A stretch of 47,568 nt of DNA from Planctomycetota bacterium. Its GTDB lineage: Bacteria; Planctomycetota; UBA11346. Both the position numbers and the translations under genes were made by a program. A model generated the notes under the pieces. The model saw only the letters and a list, made by a program, of their open reading frames with translations. It ran no database searches and was not told where the DNA came from. How positions within the stretch are numbered: the stretch's first letter is position 1; each line of letters opens with the position of its first letter. The stretch spans positions 1 through 47,568 of the forward strand of contig JBBRLJ010000039.1 of NCBI GenBank assembly GCA_038231435.1, given 5' to 3'. Shown piece by piece: positions 17,173 to 29,462 of the stretch.

Positions 17173-17646
17173 TCACGTCGGCGCAACGTTCCTGTCGCCC
17201 TGCGCTCCGCCATGGGAGTCCCCATGCGAGAGGTTCTCGACCTTCTCCTTGAGGAGCCGGCCGACCTTGAACTTCACCACCGTGCGGCTCTTGACCGGGA
17301 CTTTTTCGAGAGTTTTCGGATTGAGCGCGGTGCGGGCTTTGCGAGTCACCGTTTCGAACACACCGAAGTCCCTGAACTCAAGGCGGTTGCCCTTCGCGAG
17401 CTCGTCGACGACCTCGTCGAGGAAGGCCTGGATGACCTGCAGGGTCTGGACCTGGCCGAGGCCGTGGCGCTCGGCGATGCGCTCGGCGATCGTGCGTTTC
17501 GCGATGGTCTCGCGCGCACGGGCGGCGTGGGATGCCGATGCGGAATCGGCCCCATCGGCGGCGGTGGTCGGCGAGCCGTTATTGCTCGCTCCTGAATTGC
17601 TGATGTTGGTGTTCACCGTGTTCCCAGACCCAGATGACGCAGTCAT
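17173..17646 (-). CDS. HU/IHF family DNA-binding protein with a low-complexity N-terminal extension
   Basis: LAKGNRLEFRDFGVFE...RKARTALNPKT...VKFKVG; GAGGA RBS upstream. Confidence 0.9.
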   Translation of the reverse strand: MTASSGSGNTVNTNISNSGASNNGSPTTAADGADSASASHAARARETIAKRTIAERIAERHGLGQVQTLQVIQAFLDEVVDELAKGNRLEFRDFGVFETVTRKARTALNPKTLEKVPVKSRTVVKFKVGRLLKEKVENLSHGDSHGGAQGDRNVAPT

Positions 17647-17847
17647 ACTCCGTCCTCTCTACCCGAGGTTTGCTAACGATTTATAGCGAGCTACGGTGCT
17701 CAGGGCAAGGCGAACCTGGGGTCCATAGGACCGTTTACGTATGTCACCGTACCGCACAGTGGCAGGGCCCGATCTTGACCTCGGCGACGATTCGTTCGAT
17801 CGGCGTAATCATCAAATTACCATGGGGTTGCAATGTTGGAACAACCG

Positions 17848-18783
<936 letters not shown>

Positions 18784-18852
18784 GAGCGAGGCAGCTCCCG
18801 CGGCGACGGCATCCGCGGGCGGACGAGCACCACGAACAACCCACAGGACGCG

Positions 18853-20013
18853 ATGGCACGACGGCGCGCACAACCGGGCGACCAACAGGTCGCGACAGCG
18901 GGCCTGGCCTCCCTGGCCAAGCGCCCCGTCGTCGAGCTGCCCGATCCGGTGCCGCGCCTGCTGCGCGTCGAAGGCCTCGGCTGGATGATGCTGTACGTGG
19001 CCGCGGTGCTGATCGGACTGCGCGTCATCCAGCCCAGCCAGCTGCTGCCGATCCGTCTGCCGCATCCGCTGCTGATGCTCGCGCTGGCGCTGCTCGCCAC
19101 CCTCGCGGTGGCGGCTTGGCGCTCGCCGCGCCGGCTTAAAACAGTGTCGGGCGAGTGGGTGACTCCAGGTCCGATCCATGCGGGCGAGGAAGCGACGGTC
19201 GGCGCCGCGCTCGCGACCTCCGGCGGCGCTCCGCCGTTCACGCTCGAGGCCTTCAACCCCACCACCAAGCGCTTCTCGCCAGTGGTGCGGCTCAAGGGCA
19301 TGGGCGCGGGCTCGCTGAAGCCCTCGTGGACGGTGCGTTTCCCCAAGCGTGGCCTGGTGCGCCTACCGCCGCTGATCGCGCGCTGCGACCAGCCGTTCGG
19401 CGTGCTCTCGGCGACGCGCGCGATCGGCGAGGCCGGCGAGGTGCTGGTGCTGCCGGCGATCGGCTCGAGCAAGAAGGGCCTGCACGCGCGCCTGCGCAGC
19501 TGGCTCGAGCTGCACTCGACGACCACTGCGGACGCAGGTGAGGACGAGCTCGCGCAGCTGCGCGATTACCGCCCCGGCGACGCGCCGCACAGCATCCACT
19601 GGCGCGCGAGCGCGCGGGCGCGAACGCTGCTGGTCGCAGAACGTCACGCTCTCGGCTGCCGACGCCTGGCGCTGGTCGTCGACACCGCCACCGACGTCGA
19701 TGGCGCGCGCTTCGAACGCTTGCTGTGCGCGGCGGCCACCCTGGTCCACGAACTCGGCTCGCAGGGCTGGAGCCTGACGTTGCACGGCGCCTTCGCCCCC
19801 TCGGGCGTGCACGGCGATCGCGAGCGCCTGCTCGAGGCGCTCGCCCTGGCCGGACCAGACCAGCGCCCGGTCGCCGACTTCCTGCCGCCAGGGGTCCCGG
19901 CGCTGGTGCTGTGTCTGGGGACTCCGCCCGAACTCTTCGGCACGCCGCGGCCGCTGGCGATGTCGCTCGCCGAGCTCGACCAGCTCGTGCACATCCCCTC
20001 GCGGGTGCGCTGA
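18853..20013 (+). CDS. DUF58 domain membrane protein
   Basis: Two N-terminal TM segments; LRDYRPGD...IHWRASAR DUF58 signature; directly downstream of MoxR. Confidence 0.88.
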   Translation: MARRRAQPGDQQVATAGLASLAKRPVVELPDPVPRLLRVEGLGWMMLYVAAVLIGLRVIQPSQLLPIRLPHPLLMLALALLATLAVAAWRSPRRLKTVSGEWVTPGPIHAGEEATVGAALATSGGAPPFTLEAFNPTTKRFSPVVRLKGMGAGSLKPSWTVRFPKRGLVRLPPLIARCDQPFGVLSATRAIGEAGEVLVLPAIGSSKKGLHARLRSWLELHSTTTADAGEDELAQLRDYRPGDAPHSIHWRASARARTLLVAERHALGCRRLALVVDTATDVDGARFERLLCAAATLVHELGSQGWSLTLHGAFAPSGVHGDRERLLEALALAGPDQRPVADFLPPGVPALVLCLGTPPELFGTPRPLAMSLAELDQLVHIPSRVR

Positions 20014-21959
20014 TGAGCGTGGTGATCCCTGCCTGGTGCAAGCTCTCGGCGCTCCACCTGGCGTTCCTTGGCGGCATCTGCGCGTACATCTGGCACTTCT
20101 TCCCCGCCGAACACGGCCTGGTCGTGGCGTTCGCATTCGCCGCGCTGGCCGGTGAGCTGGTCTCGGCGTGGCGGCGCGTGTTCATCGCCGAGTCGCTGCT
20201 GATCGGCGCCGCAGCGGTCTCGTACCTACTGTGGCGGCCCGAGGCGCGCGAGCAGTGGCACGCCTTCCTGGGCATGCTCATGGCCGCGTGGCTGCTGGTT
20301 CCGAGCCGCATCGGCTGGCTGCGCTGGCTCGTGCCACTCAGCGCGCTCGAGATGCTGTACCTGGGCATCAATGTGGAATCCCCCGAACGCGTCCGCCACG
20401 CCGCGCAGACGCTGGTACCGCTGGCGGTCGCTGCGCTCGCCGCCGACGCCTGGATGGTCTCGACCACGGGCGCGCGCTCGTCGGTGCGCAACCGGCCCGC
20501 GCGCTTCGGCATGCTGCGCTGGGCGCTGGTGCCCGCGGTGCTCGCGCTCGCGCTCGGCCTGGGCGCCGGTTCGGCTGTCACCTACAGCAGTCGGCCGATG
20601 ACCCACTTCGAGGGGAAGGATCCCTTGCAGGGCAAGGGCCTGCAACCCGGTCTGCCGACGGTGCCGCGCATCGGCGAGCCTGGACACATCACCCAGGACC
20701 TGAGCGTGGCCGCGCGCATCAACTGGGAGGGGAATCAACCGCCTCCTGGCGTCGTGTATCTGCGGGCGATGGCCCTGCCGGTGGCGCGCGTCGAGGGCGA
20801 CCTGATCGAGTGGGATGGCGACGGCGACGAGTCGCTCGTCCCAGTCGCACGCAAGGCCCCCGCGGTCGACCACATGGCGTGGGTATACCGGGCCGCCGGC
20901 GGCAGCGACGTCATCCTCAGGCCGGACACGTCGGACATCGTCGATCTCGCCGGCATGGTCGCCGACCGCGAGGGCAACCTCTTCCGCACCGCCTTCGGCG
21001 GCAGCCCGCACGTGTACCGCGTCTCGCTCGGCGATGAACCGCGCGCGGTGCGCCCAGGGCCGGACAACGCCTACACCTTCTGTCCCGGCAAGCTCCAGGA
21101 CCTGCCATGGGAAAAGGCCGAGAACGGCAAGACCTGGTACTACATGAAGCCCGAGGACGCGGCGATCTCGATCGCGCAGTGGCTGGCCACGATGTGCCAC
21201 TACAGCCTCGACCTGCCCAAACCGGCGCATTCCTCGGGCGGCGTGCTGCGCACCTTCCTCTTCAGCGACAGCGAAGCCGAACGCCGCGGGCACTGCCAGT
21301 ACTTCGCCACCGCCGAGGCCATGCTCTTGCGCCGCGCGAAATTCGCGTCGCGGCTGGTGGTCGGCTTCGCCAGCGACGAGCGCGACGAGCAGGGCGTGAC
21401 CTTCCGCGGCATCCATGCCCACGCCTGGACGGAATTCGTCGATTCCTCTGGCCACTGGCGGCGTATCGATGCCACCCCGCCTGGGCAGCTGAAGAATGAA
21501 TGGCTCAAGCAGAGCAGCGGCGAGGAACCCCCGCCGCCGCCCGAGATCAAGACCGGCGACAAGGCCGACGCCGCCGAGACGGAGCCCGCGTCACTGACAT
21601 CGCTGTCGCGCAGCGGCTGGTTGCCGGCCGCGCTGGCGTGCCTGGTGCTCGCCTGGTTCGCGCGCCGCTGGTGGAAACGGCGTGGCCTCGATCCGCGCCG
21701 CGCCGAGCTTGAGCGCCGCGCCGACGATCTCTTCCATTTCGCGCGCGGGCTCGGCATCGCGGTGACGCCGGCGGCGACCGTGACTACCGTGACCGCCGCG
21801 CTACAGGCGCGCACCGGCATGGATCTCGCGCGCTGGCGCGACGCCCATCTCGCGGCGCGCTATGGCACCGGACCGGTGCCCGCAGAATGGCCGTACACGC
21901 AGATGAAGGAGGCGGCGAAGCGGAAGGCGGGGAGGATCGAGGAGATGGTCGGGAGGTGA
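20013..21959 (+). CDS. Transglutaminase-like membrane protein (TgpA-like)
   Basis: Multi-TM N-terminus; catalytic triad motifs GHCQYFATA, HAWTE, IDATP; TGATG coupling to DUF58. Confidence 0.88.
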   Translation: MSVVIPAWCKLSALHLAFLGGICAYIWHFFPAEHGLVVAFAFAALAGELVSAWRRVFIAESLLIGAAAVSYLLWRPEAREQWHAFLGMLMAAWLLVPSRIGWLRWLVPLSALEMLYLGINVESPERVRHAAQTLVPLAVAALAADAWMVSTTGARSSVRNRPARFGMLRWALVPAVLALALGLGAGSAVTYSSRPMTHFEGKDPLQGKGLQPGLPTVPRIGEPGHITQDLSVAARINWEGNQPPPGVVYLRAMALPVARVEGDLIEWDGDGDESLVPVARKAPAVDHMAWVYRAAGGSDVILRPDTSDIVDLAGMVADREGNLFRTAFGGSPHVYRVSLGDEPRAVRPGPDNAYTFCPGKLQDLPWEKAENGKTWYYMKPEDAAISIAQWLATMCHYSLDLPKPAHSSGGVLRTFLFSDSEAERRGHCQYFATAEAMLLRRAKFASRLVVGFASDERDEQGVTFRGIHAHAWTEFVDSSGHWRRIDATPPGQLKNEWLKQSSGEEPPPPPEIKTGDKADAAETEPASLTSLSRSGWLPAALACLVLAWFARRWWKRRGLDPRRAELERRADDLFHFARGLGIAVTPAATVTTVTAALQARTGMDLARWRDAHLAARYGTGPVPAEWPYTQMKEAAKRKAGRIEEMVGR

Positions 21960-22001
21960 GGGAGGCGGGAGAAGATTGAAGAGGGAAGAGCAGAGACAGC
22001 G

Positions 22002-22054
22002 GGAAAGCGGAAAGCGGAAAGCGGAAAGCGGAAAGCGGAAAGCGGAAAGCGGAA
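22002..22054 (+). repeat. Heptamer tandem repeat (GGAAAGC)x7 within a purine-rich tract between convergent genes
   Basis: Seven perfect units at 22002-22050 plus GGAA. Confidence 0.95.
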
Positions 22055-22118
22055 GATGACTGCGCCGCGCCCTACGCGTTGCGGGGTAATCCGCGCTGAA
22101 ACGCCGCTACGGCCAGCC

Positions 22119-25054
<2,936 letters not shown>

Positions 25055-25057
25055 GCG

Positions 25058-25714
25058 ATGCTTTCGTACAGCCTGGTCCCCGCGAAACCGGCGGCCACCC
25101 ATTGGTGCCTGGTGCTGCACGGGCTCGGAGACAGCCGCCAGGGGTGGATGCCGGTGGTGCCGATGCTGGGAGTGCCTGGGATCGGCTACGCGCTGGCGGA
25201 CGCGCCGCGGGAATACGGAGACGGCTTCTCGTGGTTCGACATCCACCAGGATTTCAGCATCGACGACGCGCAGGTGCGCGAGAGCCGGGCCGCCCTGGCC
25301 GAGCTCATCCGCCACCTGCTCGAACGCCTCGCCATCGCCAGCGACCGCCTCTTCCTGATGGGCTTCAGCCAGGGTTGCCTGATGGCCATCGACGCAGCGC
25401 TACGCTGGCCCACCCCCTTCGCCGGCGTGGTCGGTATCAGCGGCTTCATGGCCATGCTCGGCGAATACCCCGCTGGCTTCGGCGCCGCGGCCAAGGAGCA
25501 GCGCCTGCTGCTGACCCACGGCCGTCAGGACCCGATGATCCCGATCGCGTTCGTCGGCGGCCAGAAGGATCGCCTGCGCACGCTCGGCATCCACGTCGAT
25601 TGGCGCGAATACGACAAGGTCCACAGCCTGGATCCGTCGGACGAACTCGACGATATCCGCACCTTCCTGAGTGAGCGGATGCGGGCCCATCCGGCCCGTC
25701 CAGCCCAGGGGTGA
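25058..25714 (+). CDS. Phospholipase/carboxylesterase (alpha/beta hydrolase)
   Basis: LHGLGD, GFSQG nucleophile elbow, THGRQDPMIP, His in KVHSL. Confidence 0.9.
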   Translation: MLSYSLVPAKPAATHWCLVLHGLGDSRQGWMPVVPMLGVPGIGYALADAPREYGDGFSWFDIHQDFSIDDAQVRESRAALAELIRHLLERLAIASDRLFLMGFSQGCLMAIDAALRWPTPFAGVVGISGFMAMLGEYPAGFGAAAKEQRLLLTHGRQDPMIPIAFVGGQKDRLRTLGIHVDWREYDKVHSLDPSDELDDIRTFLSERMRAHPARPAQG

Positions 25715-25838
25715 GCCCAGGGCTGGGCCCAAGGATGGGCCCAGGACGACAGCCTCGCAGGCGCTCCAGGCCGGACTTCCCCTTGCCCGCTAGCGCCCCT
25801 GCGCGAACGTCAGCGCCCCCCAAGCGATCGGAGTCATC

Positions 25839-25961
25839 ATGAGCCGTCAGTACAACAAGGTCGAGAAACGCCGCCGCCGCGAACGCCGCATCAAGCGCAA
25901 GGATATCGCGCTCAAGGCCAAGCTGGCCGGTGGTAAGAAGAAGGCCAAGACCCCGGCCTGA
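25839..25961 (+). CDS. Small highly basic protein (40 aa) MSRQYNKVEKRRRRERRIKRKDIALKAKLAGGKKKAKTPA
   Basis: GGAG RBS at 25830-25833; codon usage (AAG, CGC, GCC) like the ribosomal protein genes in this window; below the ORF-track cut-off. Confidence 0.75.
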   Translation: MSRQYNKVEKRRRRERRIKRKDIALKAKLAGGKKKAKTPA

Positions 25962-26045
25962 GCCGGACCGCCGGCGACTTCCTCCATAGGAAGTCCCAGG
26001 GGATGCACTTCGGAGCCATCGAAACGAGCCGATGACCGAGTTCGA

Positions 26046-26306
26046 TCAGCCTCCCTGACTGGCCCCGGTGCTGATCCCGGCCGTGGCACCTACGGACGCG
26101 CCCTCAGTAGCAGGCTCGGTCACCCGCTGGCCTTCGTGCGGGCCCTGCTGCATGCCAAAGGGCATCTCGCCCGAGGCCCCGCTCGGCCCGATGAATGGAT
26201 TCTGCGGTTCACGCTGATCGCAGCCACCGAGCCCGGCTGCGCCGAGCCCCAGCACGCCCATGATCGCGATGACGCGGAGCCGACGTGAAGCGCTGGAGCT
26301 GGGCAT
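26046..26306 (-). CDS. Putative small lipoprotein
   Basis: Basic N-terminus, hydrophobic core and lipobox LGGC, followed by a low-complexity tail. Confidence 0.55.
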   Translation of the reverse strand: MPSSSASRRLRVIAIMGVLGLGAAGLGGCDQREPQNPFIGPSGASGEMPFGMQQGPHEGQRVTEPATEGASVGATAGISTGASQGG

Positions 26307-26416
26307 GGGCGACCTCGGCCACCACCGTATCCCCCGAGCGATCCGTTCAACCCGTCCGCGCCCGCTCGCGGGTCTCTGTGCCACTGGGGTGGACCCCGGC
26401 CACCGCTGACGGAAGG

Positions 26417-29239
26417 TCAGCCGGTGGTGCGCAAGCCGCTGGCGATGGCGTTCACCGAGAGCAGGAGCGTCGGCAGCAGCGCGTCGGCCTCGGCCATCTC
26501 CTTGCGGCCGCGCAGCTCGCGCCAGCGGCGCAGCAGCGACACCTGGTGGCTGTGCAGCGCGCGCAGCCCCGAATCGCGCAGCATCAGCGTGCGCACCATG
26601 CGCGGACGCCGGCTGGCCATCGGAGAACCGCCGAACACCAGCTCGAGCATCTTCTGGGTGCGGCGGAACTCGTCGGCGATGCGCGTGTAGATGGTCCGCC
26701 GGACCTTCTCGTCCTCGACCAGCTCCGCGTAGTCGGACATCAGATCGAGCGCGACCGAGGCGATGTTCGATTCGATGTTGGACAGCGCATAGCGCAGGAA
26801 CGGCCAGTTCGCCGCGCGCTTGGCCAGCAGCTGGAATCCGGCCGGATCCTGATCGTGGATCTCCTGCAGGCCGCTGCCGATGCCGTACCAGCCAGGCAGG
26901 TAGTGGCGCGACTGGTTCCAACTGAACACCCACGGGATGGCGCGCAGATCGCTGAGCGTGCGTCTGCCGGTGCGCCGCGACGGACGCGAGCCGATCGACG
27001 CCTGTTCGAGCACGTCGATGGGCGTGGCCTCGCTGAAGTAGGTCAGGAAGCCGTCGGCGGCGAGCAGGCTCTCGTAGGCGGCGCGGCTCGAGCGCGCGAA
27101 ACGGTCGAGCACCGGGTGGACGTCCTCGAACGACGGCGCGGGCAGGGTGTGCTTGAGCGTGGTGGTGGTCGCTCCAGCCACCAGCAGCTCGAGATTGTAC
27201 GTAGCGGTGATCAGGTTCGCGTACTTCTGCGCAATGGTCTCACCCTGCTCGGTGAGGCGCAGATCGCCGTGCAGCGAACCGTGCGGCAGGGCCTCGAGGA
27301 AGCGGTGGGTAGGGCCGGCGCCGCGACTGACCGTGCCGCCGCGACCGTGGAAGAAGCGGATGTCAACACCGAGCTCGGCGCCGACCCTGGCGAGCGCGTC
27401 CTGCGCGCGGTGCAGATGCCATTGGCTGGCGAAGATGCCACCGTCCTTGCACGAGTCGGAATAGCCGAGCATCACCTGCTGCACCGGCCGTCCGCGGCCC
27501 GCACCATCCATGGCGGATTGCAGGGCCAGGCTGCGCCTGGTCACCGGATGCGACAGGAAGGCGCGCAGGATCTCGGGCGCGCCTTCCAGATCGCTGATGG
27601 TCTCGAACAGCGGCACCACTGGCAGCTCGCTGGCGAGCCCCTCGCCCGACGGCGAGTCGGCGATCCAGCGCACCAGGCCTGCCTCGCGCGCGAGCACGTA
27701 GACGGCGAGCAGGTCGGAGAGGCTGCGCGTCATGCTGATGATCAGCGCGCCAGTCCCGTCGACGCCGTGGGCGGATCGATGCGTGGCGACCACGTGCAGG
27801 CATTCGAGCACGATCGCCGCTTCGTTGCCGAGATGCCCGTACATCGCCGCCTCGGCGTGGGCGAGCGGGCGCGGGCTGCGCAGCTCCGAATCCAGGAGCG
27901 CCAGGCGGTCCTTCTCGCTCCAGGTGGGGAAGCCGGCGCCGTCGATGCCGGCAGCGCAGAGCAGATGCGCCAGGGCCTGCTCGTGCACCGCGCTGTTCTG
28001 GCGGATGTCGAGCACCGCGAGGTGGAAGCCGAGCACCTCGACCGCGCGCTCGATCGGCTGCAGCTCGGACACCACCAGGCGCGAGGCATTGATGGCGGTC
28101 AGCGATTCGCGCAGGATGGCGAGATCCGCCGCGAGCTCGGATGGACGGGTGTACTGCGGCGGCCTGGCGGGCGTAGCGTCGCCGGCGTCGGGCAGGCGAG
28201 CGATCATCAGATTGACGAACTGGCGCCACGGCTCGGCGGGATTGCGCACGAGCGCGCGTGCCCCTTGCTCGCCGAGACTCTCGGCGAGGCGGACGGTGGC
28301 CTGGGCCAGGCGCGCCGGCGGGGCCTGCAGGCGCTCGGACAGGCTCAGCTTCTCGGCCAGGCTGCGCAGGTGGCTCTCGTGCACCTGCATCGCCGCGCGG
28401 CGCAGCTCGGCGAAGGTCTCGGCAGTGACCTTGGCGGTGACCAGCGGGTGGCCGTCGCGGTCTCCGCCGACCCAGGTACCGAAGGTGACGCGCGGCATCA
28501 TTCCCGGCCGGTCGATCAGCGGCATCGGCAGACCGGCCTCGCGCCAGGCGTGGCGCAGGCGCTGGTCGATGCGCGGCAGCACCTGGGGAAAGATGTCGCG
28601 CAGGTAGTGCATCGCGCCGCGGCGCTCCGACGCCACGTCGGGCTTGGCCATGCGGATCTCACCGGTGCGCCACAGGCGCTCGAGCCCGGCGGTGAACTCC
28701 GCACGGATCGCCTCCTGCTCGGATGGCGTCCACATCTGGTTCTCGCGCTTGACCAGCTGCAGGTACAGCTCGCGGTGCTGCTCGAGCACGCTTGCGCGCT
28801 TGGCCTCGGTGGGATGCGCGGTCAAGACCGGCTCGACGCGCACGCGCGGCAGCACGTTCGCGATCGCCTCGGGCTTGAAGCCGAGACGGATGAGCTCGTT
28901 CAGGCTCGCGCCCCACAGGCCGGCCTCCTCGAGCACGCCCTGGTTGGTCTCGCGCAGACGGCGCGCCTGCGCGGCGGCGTTCTCCTCGACCATGTTCAGG
29001 AGCTGGAAGGCGATCGACAGCACCTGCACGTCGCGCTCGCGCAGATCGCGCGGGGTGCTCTCACCACTCTCCGGCTGGGCCGGCGACGGTTCGGTCGGCC
29101 TGACGGCCGACCACGGCAGGCGCGCGGCGAGATCCGGCTGACCCTGCTCGATCAGCACCTCGCGAAAGCATCCCATCACATAGGCCAGGTCGCGGTCTAT
29201 CTTCTCGAAAGCGAAATCCAAAATCGTTTCAGAGCCCAT
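26417..29239 (-). CDS. ppc: Phosphoenolpyruvate carboxylase
   Basis: VLTAHPTE, WVGGDRDGHP, VVPLFET, QQVMLGYSDSCKDGG, FFHGRGGTVSRG, TEQGE, LRAIPWVFSWNQSR, IASGLRTTG. Confidence 0.96.
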   Translation of the reverse strand: MGSETILDFAFEKIDRDLAYVMGCFREVLIEQGQPDLAARLPWSAVRPTEPSPAQPESGESTPRDLRERDVQVLSIAFQLLNMVEENAAAQARRLRETNQGVLEEAGLWGASLNELIRLGFKPEAIANVLPRVRVEPVLTAHPTEAKRASVLEQHRELYLQLVKRENQMWTPSEQEAIRAEFTAGLERLWRTGEIRMAKPDVASERRGAMHYLRDIFPQVLPRIDQRLRHAWREAGLPMPLIDRPGMMPRVTFGTWVGGDRDGHPLVTAKVTAETFAELRRAAMQVHESHLRSLAEKLSLSERLQAPPARLAQATVRLAESLGEQGARALVRNPAEPWRQFVNLMIARLPDAGDATPARPPQYTRPSELAADLAILRESLTAINASRLVVSELQPIERAVEVLGFHLAVLDIRQNSAVHEQALAHLLCAAGIDGAGFPTWSEKDRLALLDSELRSPRPLAHAEAAMYGHLGNEAAIVLECLHVVATHRSAHGVDGTGALIISMTRSLSDLLAVYVLAREAGLVRWIADSPSGEGLASELPVVPLFETISDLEGAPEILRAFLSHPVTRRSLALQSAMDGAGRGRPVQQVMLGYSDSCKDGGIFASQWHLHRAQDALARVGAELGVDIRFFHGRGGTVSRGAGPTHRFLEALPHGSLHGDLRLTEQGETIAQKYANLITATYNLELLVAGATTTTLKHTLPAPSFEDVHPVLDRFARSSRAAYESLLAADGFLTYFSEATPIDVLEQASIGSRPSRRTGRRTLSDLRAIPWVFSWNQSRHYLPGWYGIGSGLQEIHDQDPAGFQLLAKRAANWPFLRYALSNIESNIASVALDLMSDYAELVEDEKVRRTIYTRIADEFRRTQKMLELVFGGSPMASRRPRMVRTLMLRDSGLRALHSHQVSLLRRWRELRGRKEMAEADALLPTLLLSVNAIASGLRTTG

Positions 29240-29462
29240 GACCGTCCAGAGTGGCAGAGGATCGTCCACCCCCGGCCTCCTGCAAGCGGCTGCCAACAGT
29301 TGCCATCCGCTGCCATCGGTGCCGGAGGCTGCCAGTGATGGCGGGCTCTCGGCCATCCGCTGCCTGCCCGTCGCAGGCATCCGAGCGCACCTGTTCATTC
29401 CATTCCCGCATCTCCCTTCCATGGGCCAATCCCCTGCTGGACCAGTGCCCGGAGGATCCATA

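Noticed and set aside
25058..25714. menH assignment for the alpha/beta hydrolase
   Set aside because: GFSQG and HGxxDxxxP motifs fit the phospholipase/carboxylesterase family, and the gene is not in the men cluster.
25839..25961. Naming the small basic protein as bS22 or the PVC signature small basic protein
   Set aside because: Similar composition only; I see no convincing sequence match, so it is left unnamed.
26285..29338. 1017-aa plus-strand ORF (and similar long antisense ORFs over gnd, mnmG, rpsA, ligA, ccsA)
   Set aside because: Antisense shadows of clearly identified genes, expected in high-GC DNA; no motifs of their own.
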